Positions 26,303 to 34,803 of a stretch of 43,563 nt of DNA are shown piece after piece. Made by a program: the position numbers and the translations under genes. Source of the stretch: a virus. Taxonomy: Duplodnaviria; Caudoviricetes. The stretch lies in IMG/VR virus record IMGVR_UViG_3300032162_000171, positions 1 through 43,563 of that record. The stretch is one strand, 5' to 3'. Each line of letters opens with the position of its first letter. The first letter of the stretch is position 1. Under the pieces are notes generated by a model. The model worked only from the letters and a program-made list of their open reading frames with translations, had not been told where the DNA came from and did no database searches.

Positions 26303-27304
26303 TTAAGCTTCCAGAAGAAATGAGCGCCACGCTTTGAGAGCGCGCCGGTTGGAGGAAGCGAGCGCGCGGCGATTGAGCCAGCAGCCGAAGCGTCCCGCCA
26401 TCTCTGCCATCTGCATTGAGAGAACAATGTCTTCGGCAGAGTTCGGATCGGCGCAGAAGATGCCCGGTAGCCATTCGATTTCATGTGAGCCGACAACCGG
26501 CACACCGCCCGCAACCGCGTCCGCCGTGACGATATTGAAGGTTTCCGTGTAGGAGACTTGGAGCGACAAATCCATTCCGGTGATCACGCGCTTGAATTCG
26601 TCGTGCGTGTACCACTCATGTTCGACGAGCGCGTGCTGCGAAGCGGCGAAAAGAGAGCGCAGATTCTTGAGCGTTTCTTCGCCGCGCTGTTCGCAGCGCG
26701 CCGCGTTGACGTGAAAACAAAGCGTGCGATTGGTTCGCTCCGCATAGATGAGCGCGGCGACGGCCTGCATGAGTTGATTCTTGAGCGGGCGAATTGCGCC
26801 GAAGCAGCCGACATCGAGGAATTCACGACCTTGAGCCTTTGCGCGCTGGCGCGGAGGGGCATCCGTGAGCGGATAAATGTTCGGCAAATAATGAACCTCG
26901 CCGTCGAAGAGTTCGGAGAGTTCGGCGGCCGTGCGCGCGCTGTTGGCGGCAAGCTCTGTCATGAGGAAGCCAGTTGCTATGCGGCGCGTCCATTCCATCG
27001 CGATGCCTTCGGAAGCGAGAAACGGAGTCTTTGAATGAACGCGCACGAAAAAGCGGACTGACGGATGCAAGCGCGCTAACTCGGTGAATTTTTCAGGCAC
27101 GACCCACAGCGCTTCGATAACAACGTGCGTCGGGCGATGCTCGGCGATGGCTCGGTCAATGCAATTGTTGTCAATGACTTCAACGGCTGCGCAGGGAATG
27201 CCGAAGGCTTTGAGCGCAGCGGCGAGCAGGCGCGCGGAATTGAGCAGCCCTGAGCTTGCGCCGTAAAGTGTATTGAAGCGTTTGGTCAGGAAGAGAATTT
27301 TCAT
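26303..27304 (-). CDS. GT-B fold (GT4-like) glycosyltransferase
   Basis: MKILFL start, FGAIRPLKN, DLSLQVSYTETFNIVTADAVAGGVPVV donor-binding motif. Confidence 0.8.
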   Translation of the reverse strand: MKILFLTKRFNTLYGASSGLLNSARLLAAALKAFGIPCAAVEVIDNNCIDRAIAEHRPTHVVIEALWVVPEKFTELARLHPSVRFFVRVHSKTPFLASEGIAMEWTRRIATGFLMTELAANSARTAAELSELFDGEVHYLPNIYPLTDAPPRQRAKAQGREFLDVGCFGAIRPLKNQLMQAVAALIYAERTNRTLCFHVNAARCEQRGEETLKNLRSLFAASQHALVEHEWYTHDEFKRVITGMDLSLQVSYTETFNIVTADAVAGGVPVVGSHEIEWLPGIFCADPNSAEDIVLSMQMAEMAGRFGCWLNRRALASSNRRALKAWRSFLLEA

Positions 27305-27356
27305 GTGGTAAAGCGGCGGGCGCGGGAGCAAGTACAAATGAGGAACGAGGAAAAGT

Positions 27357-27839
27357 TCAGTATCTAAATGGCTGACAGTCATCCCTGAACAATTTGCGAA
27401 TCTCGTCGAAGGTTGGCTGTGAGCAGCCAACCTGAATTTCTGTTTCGAGCTGGACGTGCAAATTAACCGCTTTTACTTTTTCGGGTAGCCGATATTCAGC
27501 CCATGTTTTACCTGTTTCACTAACGCGCACAGCGAGAAGCGGCCAGCTTTGTGTTCCCGAAATCCATTCGTAAAAATGGCGCGCGAGATTCTCTGCTGTC
27601 GGCTGAAACGTGAAGACATCGTTTAAGTGGCGATGATCGCAACGCGATTGAACGTACTCGTCGAAAACCTTTAATTCGTTGTAATCGACAACGAAGCCGT
27701 ACTCGTTTGTTTCCTCGGCTGCGAGTGAAACTTCTACGACATATCCATGACCGTGAAGACGCATACATTGATGGCCTTCCGGCAGCCCTTTTAATTGGTG
27801 AGACGCTTCAAATCGAAACTGTTTCGTTATCGTGAACAT
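27357..27839 (-). CDS. queD: 6-carboxy-5,6,7,8-tetrahydropterin synthase
   Basis: FEASHQL...CMRLHGHGY, DHRHLND, PTAENLA, VSET. Confidence 0.95.
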   Translation of the reverse strand: MFTITKQFRFEASHQLKGLPEGHQCMRLHGHGYVVEVSLAAEETNEYGFVVDYNELKVFDEYVQSRCDHRHLNDVFTFQPTAENLARHFYEWISGTQSWPLLAVRVSETGKTWAEYRLPEKVKAVNLHVQLETEIQVGCSQPTFDEIRKLFRDDCQPFRY

Positions 27840-28019
27840 GGGAAGTAATCTGGTAAGTAATCTGTGGAGTTACTGGTAAGCTAAACAGTGGGGTTCAGTG
27901 ATTGTCTATACAGATAAGGGATTGAGGAGTGCATCATCTTCGCGAGTGCTCGACTAGATGCGTCACGAGTCTTACGGCTTAATTTCAGGATGACCTGCCG
28001 CCTGCGAGTGAGGTGAAAA

Positions 28020-28754
28020 TCACACGAGGTGAATCGCCGGGGAACTTCCTGCGGGTGTAACGCCGTCCGGCGCGACAATCACATAATCCGAAGCGTAATC
28101 CGTTAAGTCTTCGACGCCTGCGAGTTGGAACGCCTCACGCCTTTCCGTGCAAGTGCCACAGCGTCCGCAGTGAACATCCCCGCCTTCGTAGCAGCTCCAC
28201 GTCAAATGCAGCGGCACGCCCAAAGAATCGCCGAGCACGACGATGTCGGCCTTCGACGCGGAAATGAACGGGCGCAGAAAACGCACTTGCTGCCAGTCGC
28301 ACAGCATCGCTGCCGCGTCCATCACCGCCGCGAATTCCGGCCTGCAATCCGGGTAGATCGCGTGATCGCCGCCGTGCGCGCCATACGCGACGAAGCCGAA
28401 GCCTTGCGAGATGGCGTAGCCGATAGCGATTGACAACATAATCATGTTGCGGTTCGGCACGACCGTCGCCTTCATGCTTTCTTCTTCGTAGTGGCCGTGC
28501 GGCACCGCGACATCCGGGGAAGTCTGCGAACTGCCCGTGAGCAAATGCTTGATGCCGGAGAGGTCTGCGATTTCGAGATCGAGGCCTAAACGCTCGCAGA
28601 ATTCCTGCGCGCTTTCCAGTTCTTTGACGTGGCGCTGGCCGTAGTTGATCGAAAGCGGCTTGAGTGTCGCGCCCTTTGAGGTGAGCAAATAAAGCAGCAC
28701 CGTCGAGTCAAGTCCGCCCGAATAAATAGGGACAACGTTATTTTCCGTTCGCAT
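28020..28754 (-). CDS. queC: 7-cyano-7-deazaguanine synthase
   Basis: [29 protein letters not shown]...CGRCGTC. Confidence 0.96.
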   Translation of the reverse strand: MRTENNVVPIYSGGLDSTVLLYLLTSKGATLKPLSINYGQRHVKELESAQEFCERLGLDLEIADLSGIKHLLTGSSQTSPDVAVPHGHYEEESMKATVVPNRNMIMLSIAIGYAISQGFGFVAYGAHGGDHAIYPDCRPEFAAVMDAAAMLCDWQQVRFLRPFISASKADIVVLGDSLGVPLHLTWSCYEGGDVHCGRCGTCTERREAFQLAGVEDLTDYASDYVIVAPDGVTPAGSSPAIHLV

Positions 28755-29805
28755 TCTTTTTCTTGTCCTTCACGGCCTTCTTGCCGAAAGCCTGTTCCAT
28801 GTTGCGGCCGCCCATCGAACCGCCTTCGCCTTCGGTTGCACAGATCGCTAGCCGAACGCTTGGCTCGCTCTCCGGCGCAGAGAAAGCAGAGTTGTTGCGG
28901 ATGTTATTTGCAGGACTTCCGACGGCGAGGCGCACGACCGGATTAGGTTCTGTGAGTTTTCCGAGTTCACTCATTTGCTTACGCCAGCGGAACTGCGCTT
29001 TGCGCTCCACTTCCAGATACCACTCGACTTCTGCGCGCAGGTTCTGGTTCGAGCCGCGCACGCTCATTTGACCGAACGTATTCCATCGTCCGAAGCGACA
29101 CGGCCCCATCTCCCAATTCGTCGCGTCTACTGAATGCCACGGCAACGCCAAGATATGTTTCTCGCTGCCGTAACCGAAGCCGTGCAATTTCTTCGGCCAC
29201 ACGCGCGCGAAACATTGCTCGGCGAACTTCAACTTGCCGTCGCCGCGCATCAATGCGACGCCGCCGAGCGCGACTTTCGGATAATCGGCGGCTATGTTAA
29301 TGAGCGCCTCCCACGGCTCGCCGTAGTGAAAGCAGGGAATCGCAGGCACGCCTTGACGCCACATCTCTTCGCAGTTTTTGAGAGACGCGCGCCAATCGCC
29401 GATTACGTCGAGCGCAAACACTTCCGTAAGCTGCGGGTCGGTTTCGAGCAGGTGCTTGGCGGTGTCGATGTAGTCCTGAAGTTTGATTACAGTGCCGGAG
29501 TTGTGAGCGGAGAATGCGCCGGAATCGAGCACCCAATCCCGAAAGTGATAGCGATGGCGATTCTTGAGAAAGCCTTTGATGTACACGAAAGAAACGAGCA
29601 GCGCCGGGGCGAGAATTGTTCCTTTATCTGAGCAATCGTAGTGCATGGGATAGCGGTTTTTACCGGATGCGTTCGAGCATGAGATCATCGCGTGCGTCGC
29701 AGCTAAACGAACGGTAGGCGCGTCGAGTGCTTTGTAGGCATTAACGGGGCCGGGATTGTAAGCGAGGCGCACGCTCGGAGATGATGTTTCTATTTTCGCA
29801 GCCAT
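28738..29805 (-). CDS. DpdA/TGT-like 7-deazaguanine DNA transglycosylase (putative)
   Basis: [38 protein letters not shown]-barrel motifs; adjacent to queC. Confidence 0.75.
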   Translation of the reverse strand: MAAKIETSSPSVRLAYNPGPVNAYKALDAPTVRLAATHAMISCSNASGKNRYPMHYDCSDKGTILAPALLVSFVYIKGFLKNRHRYHFRDWVLDSGAFSAHNSGTVIKLQDYIDTAKHLLETDPQLTEVFALDVIGDWRASLKNCEEMWRQGVPAIPCFHYGEPWEALINIAADYPKVALGGVALMRGDGKLKFAEQCFARVWPKKLHGFGYGSEKHILALPWHSVDATNWEMGPCRFGRWNTFGQMSVRGSNQNLRAEVEWYLEVERKAQFRWRKQMSELGKLTEPNPVVRLAVGSPANNIRNNSAFSAPESEPSVRLAICATEGEGGSMGGRNMEQAFGKKAVKDKKKNANGK

Positions 29806-29996
29806 TCGACTTGTGAGTGAGTGATAAAGAAAACGGCACCGCAATCCCATGAGCAATCAATCGACGGATCGCAACTCCACGTTTCATCTTCGTGCGTGGT
29901 GATAGCGAAACCTTCGAGGCTTAATCGTTGATGGCACTTCGGGCAATTGATTGCTTTTACTTCCGCGTTGCCCGTCGGTTCGTCTACGGCGTCCAT
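29790..29996 (-). CDS. Small Cys-rich protein (DUF6527-like)
   Basis: CPKC...PSIDC..DC...[10 protein letters not shown]; GGAGGAG RBS and TAATG overlap. Confidence 0.6.
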   Translation of the reverse strand: MDAVDEPTGNAEVKAINCPKCHQRLSLEGFAITTHEDETWSCDPSIDCSWDCGAVFFITHSQVEWLRK

Positions 29997-30058
29997 TACT
30001 CCTCCGGCGAAGCTGAATCGGGAAGCGGCGCGCCCGCGAGATAGTCGGCGGCCATAAG
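29996..30058 (-). pseudogene. Displaced, probably original, 3' end of the ParB-like gene (LMAADYLAGAPLPDSASPEE*)
   Basis: Matches current LIAADFIA at 30679..30702; GC-rich codons; stop coupled to the next gene. Confidence 0.75.
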
Positions 30059-30062
30059 TTGT

Positions 30063-30644
30063 TTAGAATCGCTTCGCGTTGACTCCCCATGTTGGAGTTG
30101 CTTTATGGCAGGAAACGCAGAGTGTGCGCCCGTTTGAAAGATCGAAGCGAAGTTCAGGGTAGTTGCATTGTGGTTTGATATGATCGGCATGAAGTCTGCC
30201 GCCGTGTTTACCGCAATGTTGGCAAGTGTAGTAATCACGCATAAAAACCGCTTTACGCCATGCGCGATATTCTGAGGTGAAGCGGATATATTCGTCGGTC
30301 TTTGTCTTGCCGCCTTTCCAGAAGTGATGTCGCTCACCGGATGGACGACCTTTACGATGTGAGGCGTTGAAACACTCTCGACATTTACCGCCACGATGGT
30401 TTGGTTTGCGCTCTCCGCAGCTAGAGCAGTCAGGGCCACGAGAAGCAGAGCGCACAAGACGTATGCGCCATTTTGTATGATTCCGCGTGTAAATTGCTGC
30501 GGGCGTGAGACCTTCCGAAGCAAACATGGCAGCAATATCCATAGCGCGATGCCCCTCTGTAAGAAGTTGGCGGACACGCTTCCACGTCTCATCTGATACT
30601 GGTGAGATGAAACGTCCCGGATTGAAACCAATGTTTCTTGCCAC
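30063..30644 (-). CDS. HNH endonuclease
   Basis: HHFWKGG, WRKAVFMRDYYTCQHCG...LHADHIKP...SNGRTLCVSCH. Confidence 0.9.
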   Translation of the reverse strand: MARNIGFNPGRFISPVSDETWKRVRQLLTEGHRAMDIAAMFASEGLTPAAIYTRNHTKWRIRLVRSASRGPDCSSCGERKPNHRGGKCRECFNASHRKGRPSGERHHFWKGGKTKTDEYIRFTSEYRAWRKAVFMRDYYTCQHCGKHGGRLHADHIKPQCNYPELRFDLSNGRTLCVSCHKATPTWGVNAKRF

Positions 30645-30648
30645 ATAG

Positions 30649-31449
30649 CTATTTTAACCCTTCTTCCAAGTGAGGGTTAGCTATAAAATCCGCTGCGATG
30701 AGTTCCATACAGCGGCCTTCGGTCAGCGAGGATTCGCCGCAGATCAAGCGAATGCGTTCGATGGCTTGGTTAATAATGAGGCGCTGGTTCGGCGTGCAGA
30801 TGATCGAGCAGTCATCGCTCGCTTTATCGCCCGCTTCTAAATTTTCGTGAGGGTCAGAACCGGCGCGCTCTTTATTGTTTCCGGCAGCATCCGTCTCGCT
30901 GCTTGAGCCGTTGCCCGATTCTTGAGCGGAGGGCGGCGTCCAGTCGGCGGCGAGAAAGGGCGAGATGTCATGTTCCTCGAAGCCGAGATCATCGTTCGAG
31001 AATTCCAACTCCGTGCCGTCGAATTCTTCTTTGAGGCTCCCGACGTTCGACGCGAGTTGCTCGAAGTCCCACGCCGATGAAAGCCCCGACGCGTTATCGG
31101 AAATCGCATAACCCGTCGCCTCGCCGCCTTCGAGTGCCGACACGACAATCCAGACGTGCGTCCAGCCTTCTTCTTCGGCGGCTTCGTGCGTGCCATTGCC
31201 CTTAAGAATCTTGCCCGCGCGGTCAACGACAATCGGCGTTTGCTGGCCGCGCCGTCTGAGGGACGCTCGTATGTGGCGAACGTTCTTTTCAGGATGAAGG
31301 CGCGCGTTTTCAGGATCGCGCGTGAGCGAATGAAGCGGCACGATCAGGCGCGACGCGTCCGGGTGCGTCGGCTCGCCGTGATAGAGCGGCCATACATACG
31401 CCTCAAAATCGAGAGGCTTAGTGGGTTGGATTTTCTCTTCCCTTGCCAT
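30649..31449 (-). CDS. ParB/Srx-like protein at the head of the DNA-modification cluster
   Basis: DPENARLH...SLRRRGQQTPIVVD...ILKGNGTHEAA...DNAS...WD. Confidence 0.85.
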   Translation of the reverse strand: MAREEKIQPTKPLDFEAYVWPLYHGEPTHPDASRLIVPLHSLTRDPENARLHPEKNVRHIRASLRRRGQQTPIVVDRAGKILKGNGTHEAAEEEGWTHVWIVVSALEGGEATGYAISDNASGLSSAWDFEQLASNVGSLKEEFDGTELEFSNDDLGFEEHDISPFLAADWTPPSAQESGNGSSSETDAAGNNKERAGSDPHENLEAGDKASDDCSIICTPNQRLIINQAIERIRLICGESSLTEGRCMELIAADFIANPHLEEGLK

Positions 31450-31456
31450 AAAAATC

Positions 31457-32041
31457 TTAACGGCCTCGAAGCGAAGTGAGTAGCCCGCGCGGTGTAAGCG
31501 CGTCGCGCAAGGTGTTCACACCGCGCTCGATCAATCTTGGTGCGGCGGGTGTTGCGCGCGCCAGTATCTGCGATGGAATTTCGATTCTGGCATTGGCGCG
31601 CGGCAAATATTTCGGCGCGAGTGGAAGACCTCCGCCGCGACGCGAGGCATTGACGCTCCGGCCTTCGATTAAATTCTCCAGCGCGTTAGTCAATTCTTCG
31701 GCGTCCATGCCTTTCGAGAGATATTGCGCGCCCGCATTGATAACTTCGATTTCGACGTCATCGCGGCTGTAGCTGGTTAGCACTCCGATGGGCACACGCG
31801 CTTTGTATTGTCGAATTAAAGTCACGAACGCGGTGCCCGTCATGTCGTTATTTTCCAGCTCGTAGTCCGTCACGATGGCGGAGTATTTTGGCGGGTCTTG
31901 GTTGATAAGCGCGACGGCTTCCGCCGCTGTGCCCGCGCTATCGACGAGGAATGTGCCGCGATTACGGGCGAGCCACTCGACGATCAGCAGCATATCGGGA
32001 CTATCATCAATGTGAAGTAAATATGGAAGCGTTTCAGCCAT
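31457..32041 (-). CDS. Response regulator receiver-domain protein without a recognisable output domain
   Basis: IDDS, phospho-acceptor IVTDY, LTSY and YLSK conserved positions. Confidence 0.8.
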   Translation of the reverse strand: MAETLPYLLHIDDSPDMLLIVEWLARNRGTFLVDSAGTAAEAVALINQDPPKYSAIVTDYELENNDMTGTAFVTLIRQYKARVPIGVLTSYSRDDVEIEVINAGAQYLSKGMDAEELTNALENLIEGRSVNASRRGGGLPLAPKYLPRANARIEIPSQILARATPAAPRLIERGVNTLRDALTPRGLLTSLRGR

Positions 32042-32399
32042 CGCTTTTTTCCTGCAACCTTCGACGGAGCTTTTCGATTTCATCATCCTTGTCATCGATC
32101 TCGCGCCGCATCTCCGTTTTTTCCTTGGCGTGTTGTGTTCCGACGCGCTGGCGTGAATCCCGTTCCACCATCAATATGTCGAGCGCGAGTTGTGTTTTGA
32201 TGAGTTCGCGCTGCACTTCATCTCGATCTTTGGCGAGCGCGCCGTAGGCGTTCTGGCTGGCGCTGGCCGTTGATTGCAACGTCTTCGAGCGTAACAGCAG
32301 CCATACGACGTAGAGGCCGCCGAAGAACAGCACTACGCCGCCGATTGTTGCCAGCGTATGGAGCGCATCGATTGAGGTTTGTATTGTTTGCGCGTCCAC
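32034..32399 (-). CDS. Single-TM coiled-coil protein (holin-like position)
   Basis: N-terminal TM IGGVVLFFGGLYVVWLLL, charged coiled-coil tail, lysis block. Confidence 0.6.
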   Translation of the reverse strand: MDAQTIQTSIDALHTLATIGGVVLFFGGLYVVWLLLRSKTLQSTASASQNAYGALAKDRDEVQRELIKTQLALDILMVERDSRQRVGTQHAKEKTEMRREIDDKDDEIEKLRRRLQEKSDG

Positions 32400-32436
32400 T
32401 CATTCCGCTCCATTACGAGGTTTGGTCAAAATGTTT

Positions 32437-32955
32437 TTATCTAGCGGGAGAGGGCAGAGCAAATGTCAAACTCGGCGCACGATTGCCAAGGTAATAGCCA
32501 GCCGATAAACCAACAGCGCTCGCGCCGAGCGCGATCCATTTCTCGCGCGAGCGCAAAGAGTGAATTTTGTTGCGCGCACCGACGAGTTCGGAGGTGTAAT
32601 CAACGATTTGCGAGCGGAGCAAGGCAATGGCCTGTTCGTTGTTCAGGATGGCTAACCGGAGCTGCGCGCCAGAAGCGTTTAAGCCGCCGATCTGTTCTTT
32701 GAGTGACACGACGAGCCTATCGTAATCGGCAATCTGCGCGCGCGCCGAATCGAGCAGCGCATTCAAAGACTTGTTTTGCGATTCCGCAAGCGTAAGCTTG
32801 TTTTGCACGCGCTCGAAGTCGATCAAGTCTTTTTCGGTGACGGTGATCGTTTGCGCAGATGGTGTTTCAGCGGGCGAGGAGACGGCGGTTGTTTGCGCGA
32901 ATGCGGGCAAGGCGCTCATCAAGAGGAACAGGGCGATGGGTAGCAGCTTCTTCAC
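32437..32955 (-). CDS. Signal-peptide coiled-coil protein with C-terminal TM (spanin-like position)
   Basis: GTG start with GGAGGAG RBS; KKLLPIALFLLMSALPAFA|Q; heptad region; C-terminal hydrophobic helix. Confidence 0.65.
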   Translation of the reverse strand: MKKLLPIALFLLMSALPAFAQTTAVSSPAETPSAQTITVTEKDLIDFERVQNKLTLAESQNKSLNALLDSARAQIADYDRLVVSLKEQIGGLNASGAQLRLAILNNEQAIALLRSQIVDYTSELVGARNKIHSLRSREKWIALGASAVGLSAGYYLGNRAPSLTFALPSPAR

Positions 32956-33334
32956 GATTAAACTCCTCCATGGATTTGGAAAGATTTTGGCGTTCTGCCG
33001 GGTCGAGTTTCTTTTGCGCAACGATCAAGGCTTCGAGCGTCTCGGAATTGCGGCGCTGCACGTCTACATCGTGTTGCAACTCCGAAGCGCGAAGCATGGC
33101 CTGCGAAGCGGCGAGTTGTAAATGCGCCGCTTCGTCGGATTTTAAGAGTTCATGGTGATCGAACTTCGATTCATGATGATCCTCGCGCCAGTTGTTGAAA
33201 CTGTGGAGCGTGATAACAGACAGGGTGACGAGCAGCAGGAGAGCGGCGGCGTAAACGACGATCCGGTGCGTAAGTGTAAAATTTCGGAGGAAGCGCAAGG
33301 CGCGCGCGCTCCGGCGGCGAACTTCAAGAGACAT
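32867..33334 (-). CDS. Membrane-anchored coiled-coil protein (Rz/i-spanin-like)
   Basis: N-terminal TM then coiled coil, directly after the endolysin. Confidence 0.55.
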   Translation of the reverse strand: MSLEVRRRSARALRFLRNFTLTHRIVVYAAALLLLVTLSVITLHSFNNWREDHHESKFDHHELLKSDEAAHLQLAASQAMLRASELQHDVDVQRRNSETLEALIVAQKKLDPAERQNLSKSMEEFNREEAATHRPVPLDERLARIRANNRRLLAR

Positions 33335-34442
33335 TCGGTAAAATTCCTTCCTTTAATTTCGAGAAAAGAATTGTCTTCCAGCGCTTCAAATCGTGCCGGT
33401 TGTAATAAACAACAACAGCGAGGCAGGCGAGAACAACGACGAGGCCGAGCCAGACTGCAAACTCTCCGGCTTTGAAGGCCGCGCCGACAAATGCGAACCC
33501 TTGCGCGATGCGCCCGCCGTACAATTCCCAAAACGAAACACAATCGGCGCGCGCCGCCGATGCGGGCATCTGCTCTGCAAGGTCAATAAAGCGCGCGGCC
33601 TTAAGCTGTTCGGCGACGACGGCAGTTTCAACCTCAGCAACTTTTTCCGGCTGCTCGTTTATCGCCGCAATCTGTTCCGGCGTGTGCGTTTCAGGCGTGG
33701 GAATGAGCGGAGAGTCGGCGATTGACTTTACGAGCAGCGCGGAAGCACGGGCGGCGGATTGCTCGCGATTGAGGACGGCGAGCGTGCGCCAGTAAAGATC
33801 GACTCGCGCTCCCAAACCGTTGTGTCCGCCGTTGACGCGCTCGCAAATGGCGGTGAGCGTCTTCTTCTCGTTGGCGTCGCGGCGACCCGTCAGGCAGTCC
33901 GCGAGTGCGTTCAAGTCGTTGTCAGACCAGAAAAGAGCGTCGGAGGTAAATGAATTTTCAGGCTGTGCGACCACGTCGGGCTTGGTTAGGCACGGAAGGT
34001 TAGTTGCGCGCATGAGGCGCGTGTAGTTTTTGCGTCCCGTGCGCATGATCCCGCCGCGCCCGCGAAAGCGCCAACCGTCGCCGCTTCGTTCGTCGGCATT
34101 GCCATTGCGGCAAGCGTAAACACGATTGGCGATCTTCTCCGGGTCGTGCGCGTAATCGAGCGCGTCAACGGCGTTGAAATGCGTTTTGAAAACCTGCATC
34201 AACCGTGATGCTGAATAATTCAAATTCTCGAAAAAGCGCGTCAATCCCTCCGACTCATGCAAAAGATTTGAGACGAAGGCCGCGACGCGCGTCTTCGTGT
34301 TGATCTCGAAGCGCACCATCGCGGCGTTGAGATAGGGCAGCAGTTCGGCGCGGCGCGCGGGCGAAAGCGCCGGAGCGATTAACCTGAATTGTTCGTCTGT
34401 GAGTGGCAAGGAGAATTGCTTGTTCATAATGAGACCGGTCAC
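33324..34442 (-). CDS. Endolysin, glycoside hydrolase family 19, with C-terminal TM segment
   Basis: HES, ENLNYS, IANRVY...GN...GDGWRFRGRG...TG..NY, VNGGHNGL..R motifs; hydrophobic C-terminus. Confidence 0.9.
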   Translation of the reverse strand: MTGLIMNKQFSLPLTDEQFRLIAPALSPARRAELLPYLNAAMVRFEINTKTRVAAFVSNLLHESEGLTRFFENLNYSASRLMQVFKTHFNAVDALDYAHDPEKIANRVYACRNGNADERSGDGWRFRGRGGIMRTGRKNYTRLMRATNLPCLTKPDVVAQPENSFTSDALFWSDNDLNALADCLTGRRDANEKKTLTAICERVNGGHNGLGARVDLYWRTLAVLNREQSAARASALLVKSIADSPLIPTPETHTPEQIAAINEQPEKVAEVETAVVAEQLKAARFIDLAEQMPASAARADCVSFWELYGGRIAQGFAFVGAAFKAGEFAVWLGLVVVLACLAVVVYYNRHDLKRWKTILFSKLKEGILPNVS

Positions 34443-34758
34443 GCGCGCCTACGCGTTCGACGAGTGGAAGGCAGAGTCCACAAGGTGGGCGTCGTTTTGA
34501 GGTGAGAGTGTCGGCTGTAGCTGGCAGCCTTTTGAAGACACTTTTAACGCGAGAGGCGCGCGCGAAATCGAAAGTAGGAAATTAGCTTTTCATTTTGGAT
34601 AATTGAGCCGGAAGAATTGGCTCGGATGGGGTGTGCGATGTGGAGTTTAAGGGAGAGCGGCAGCGTTGCCCGTCGCTCTCCCTGTTGAGACGCCAATGCA
34701 GAAGTCGTCTCACGTTGTCTATACTCGACGCTGAACGCTTTTGTTCAACGTGTTAAAT

Positions 34759-34788
34759 ACAGTAGCAGAAACGATACAGAGTTATCAA
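34759..34788 (-). promoter_or_regulatory. Candidate promoter for the lysis/modification/structural operon
   Basis: TTGATA-18 nt-TACTGT with extended TG, followed by a roughly 310-nt hairpin-rich leader. Confidence 0.45.
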
Positions 34789-34803
34789 GGTAAAGTTGTG
34801 CGC

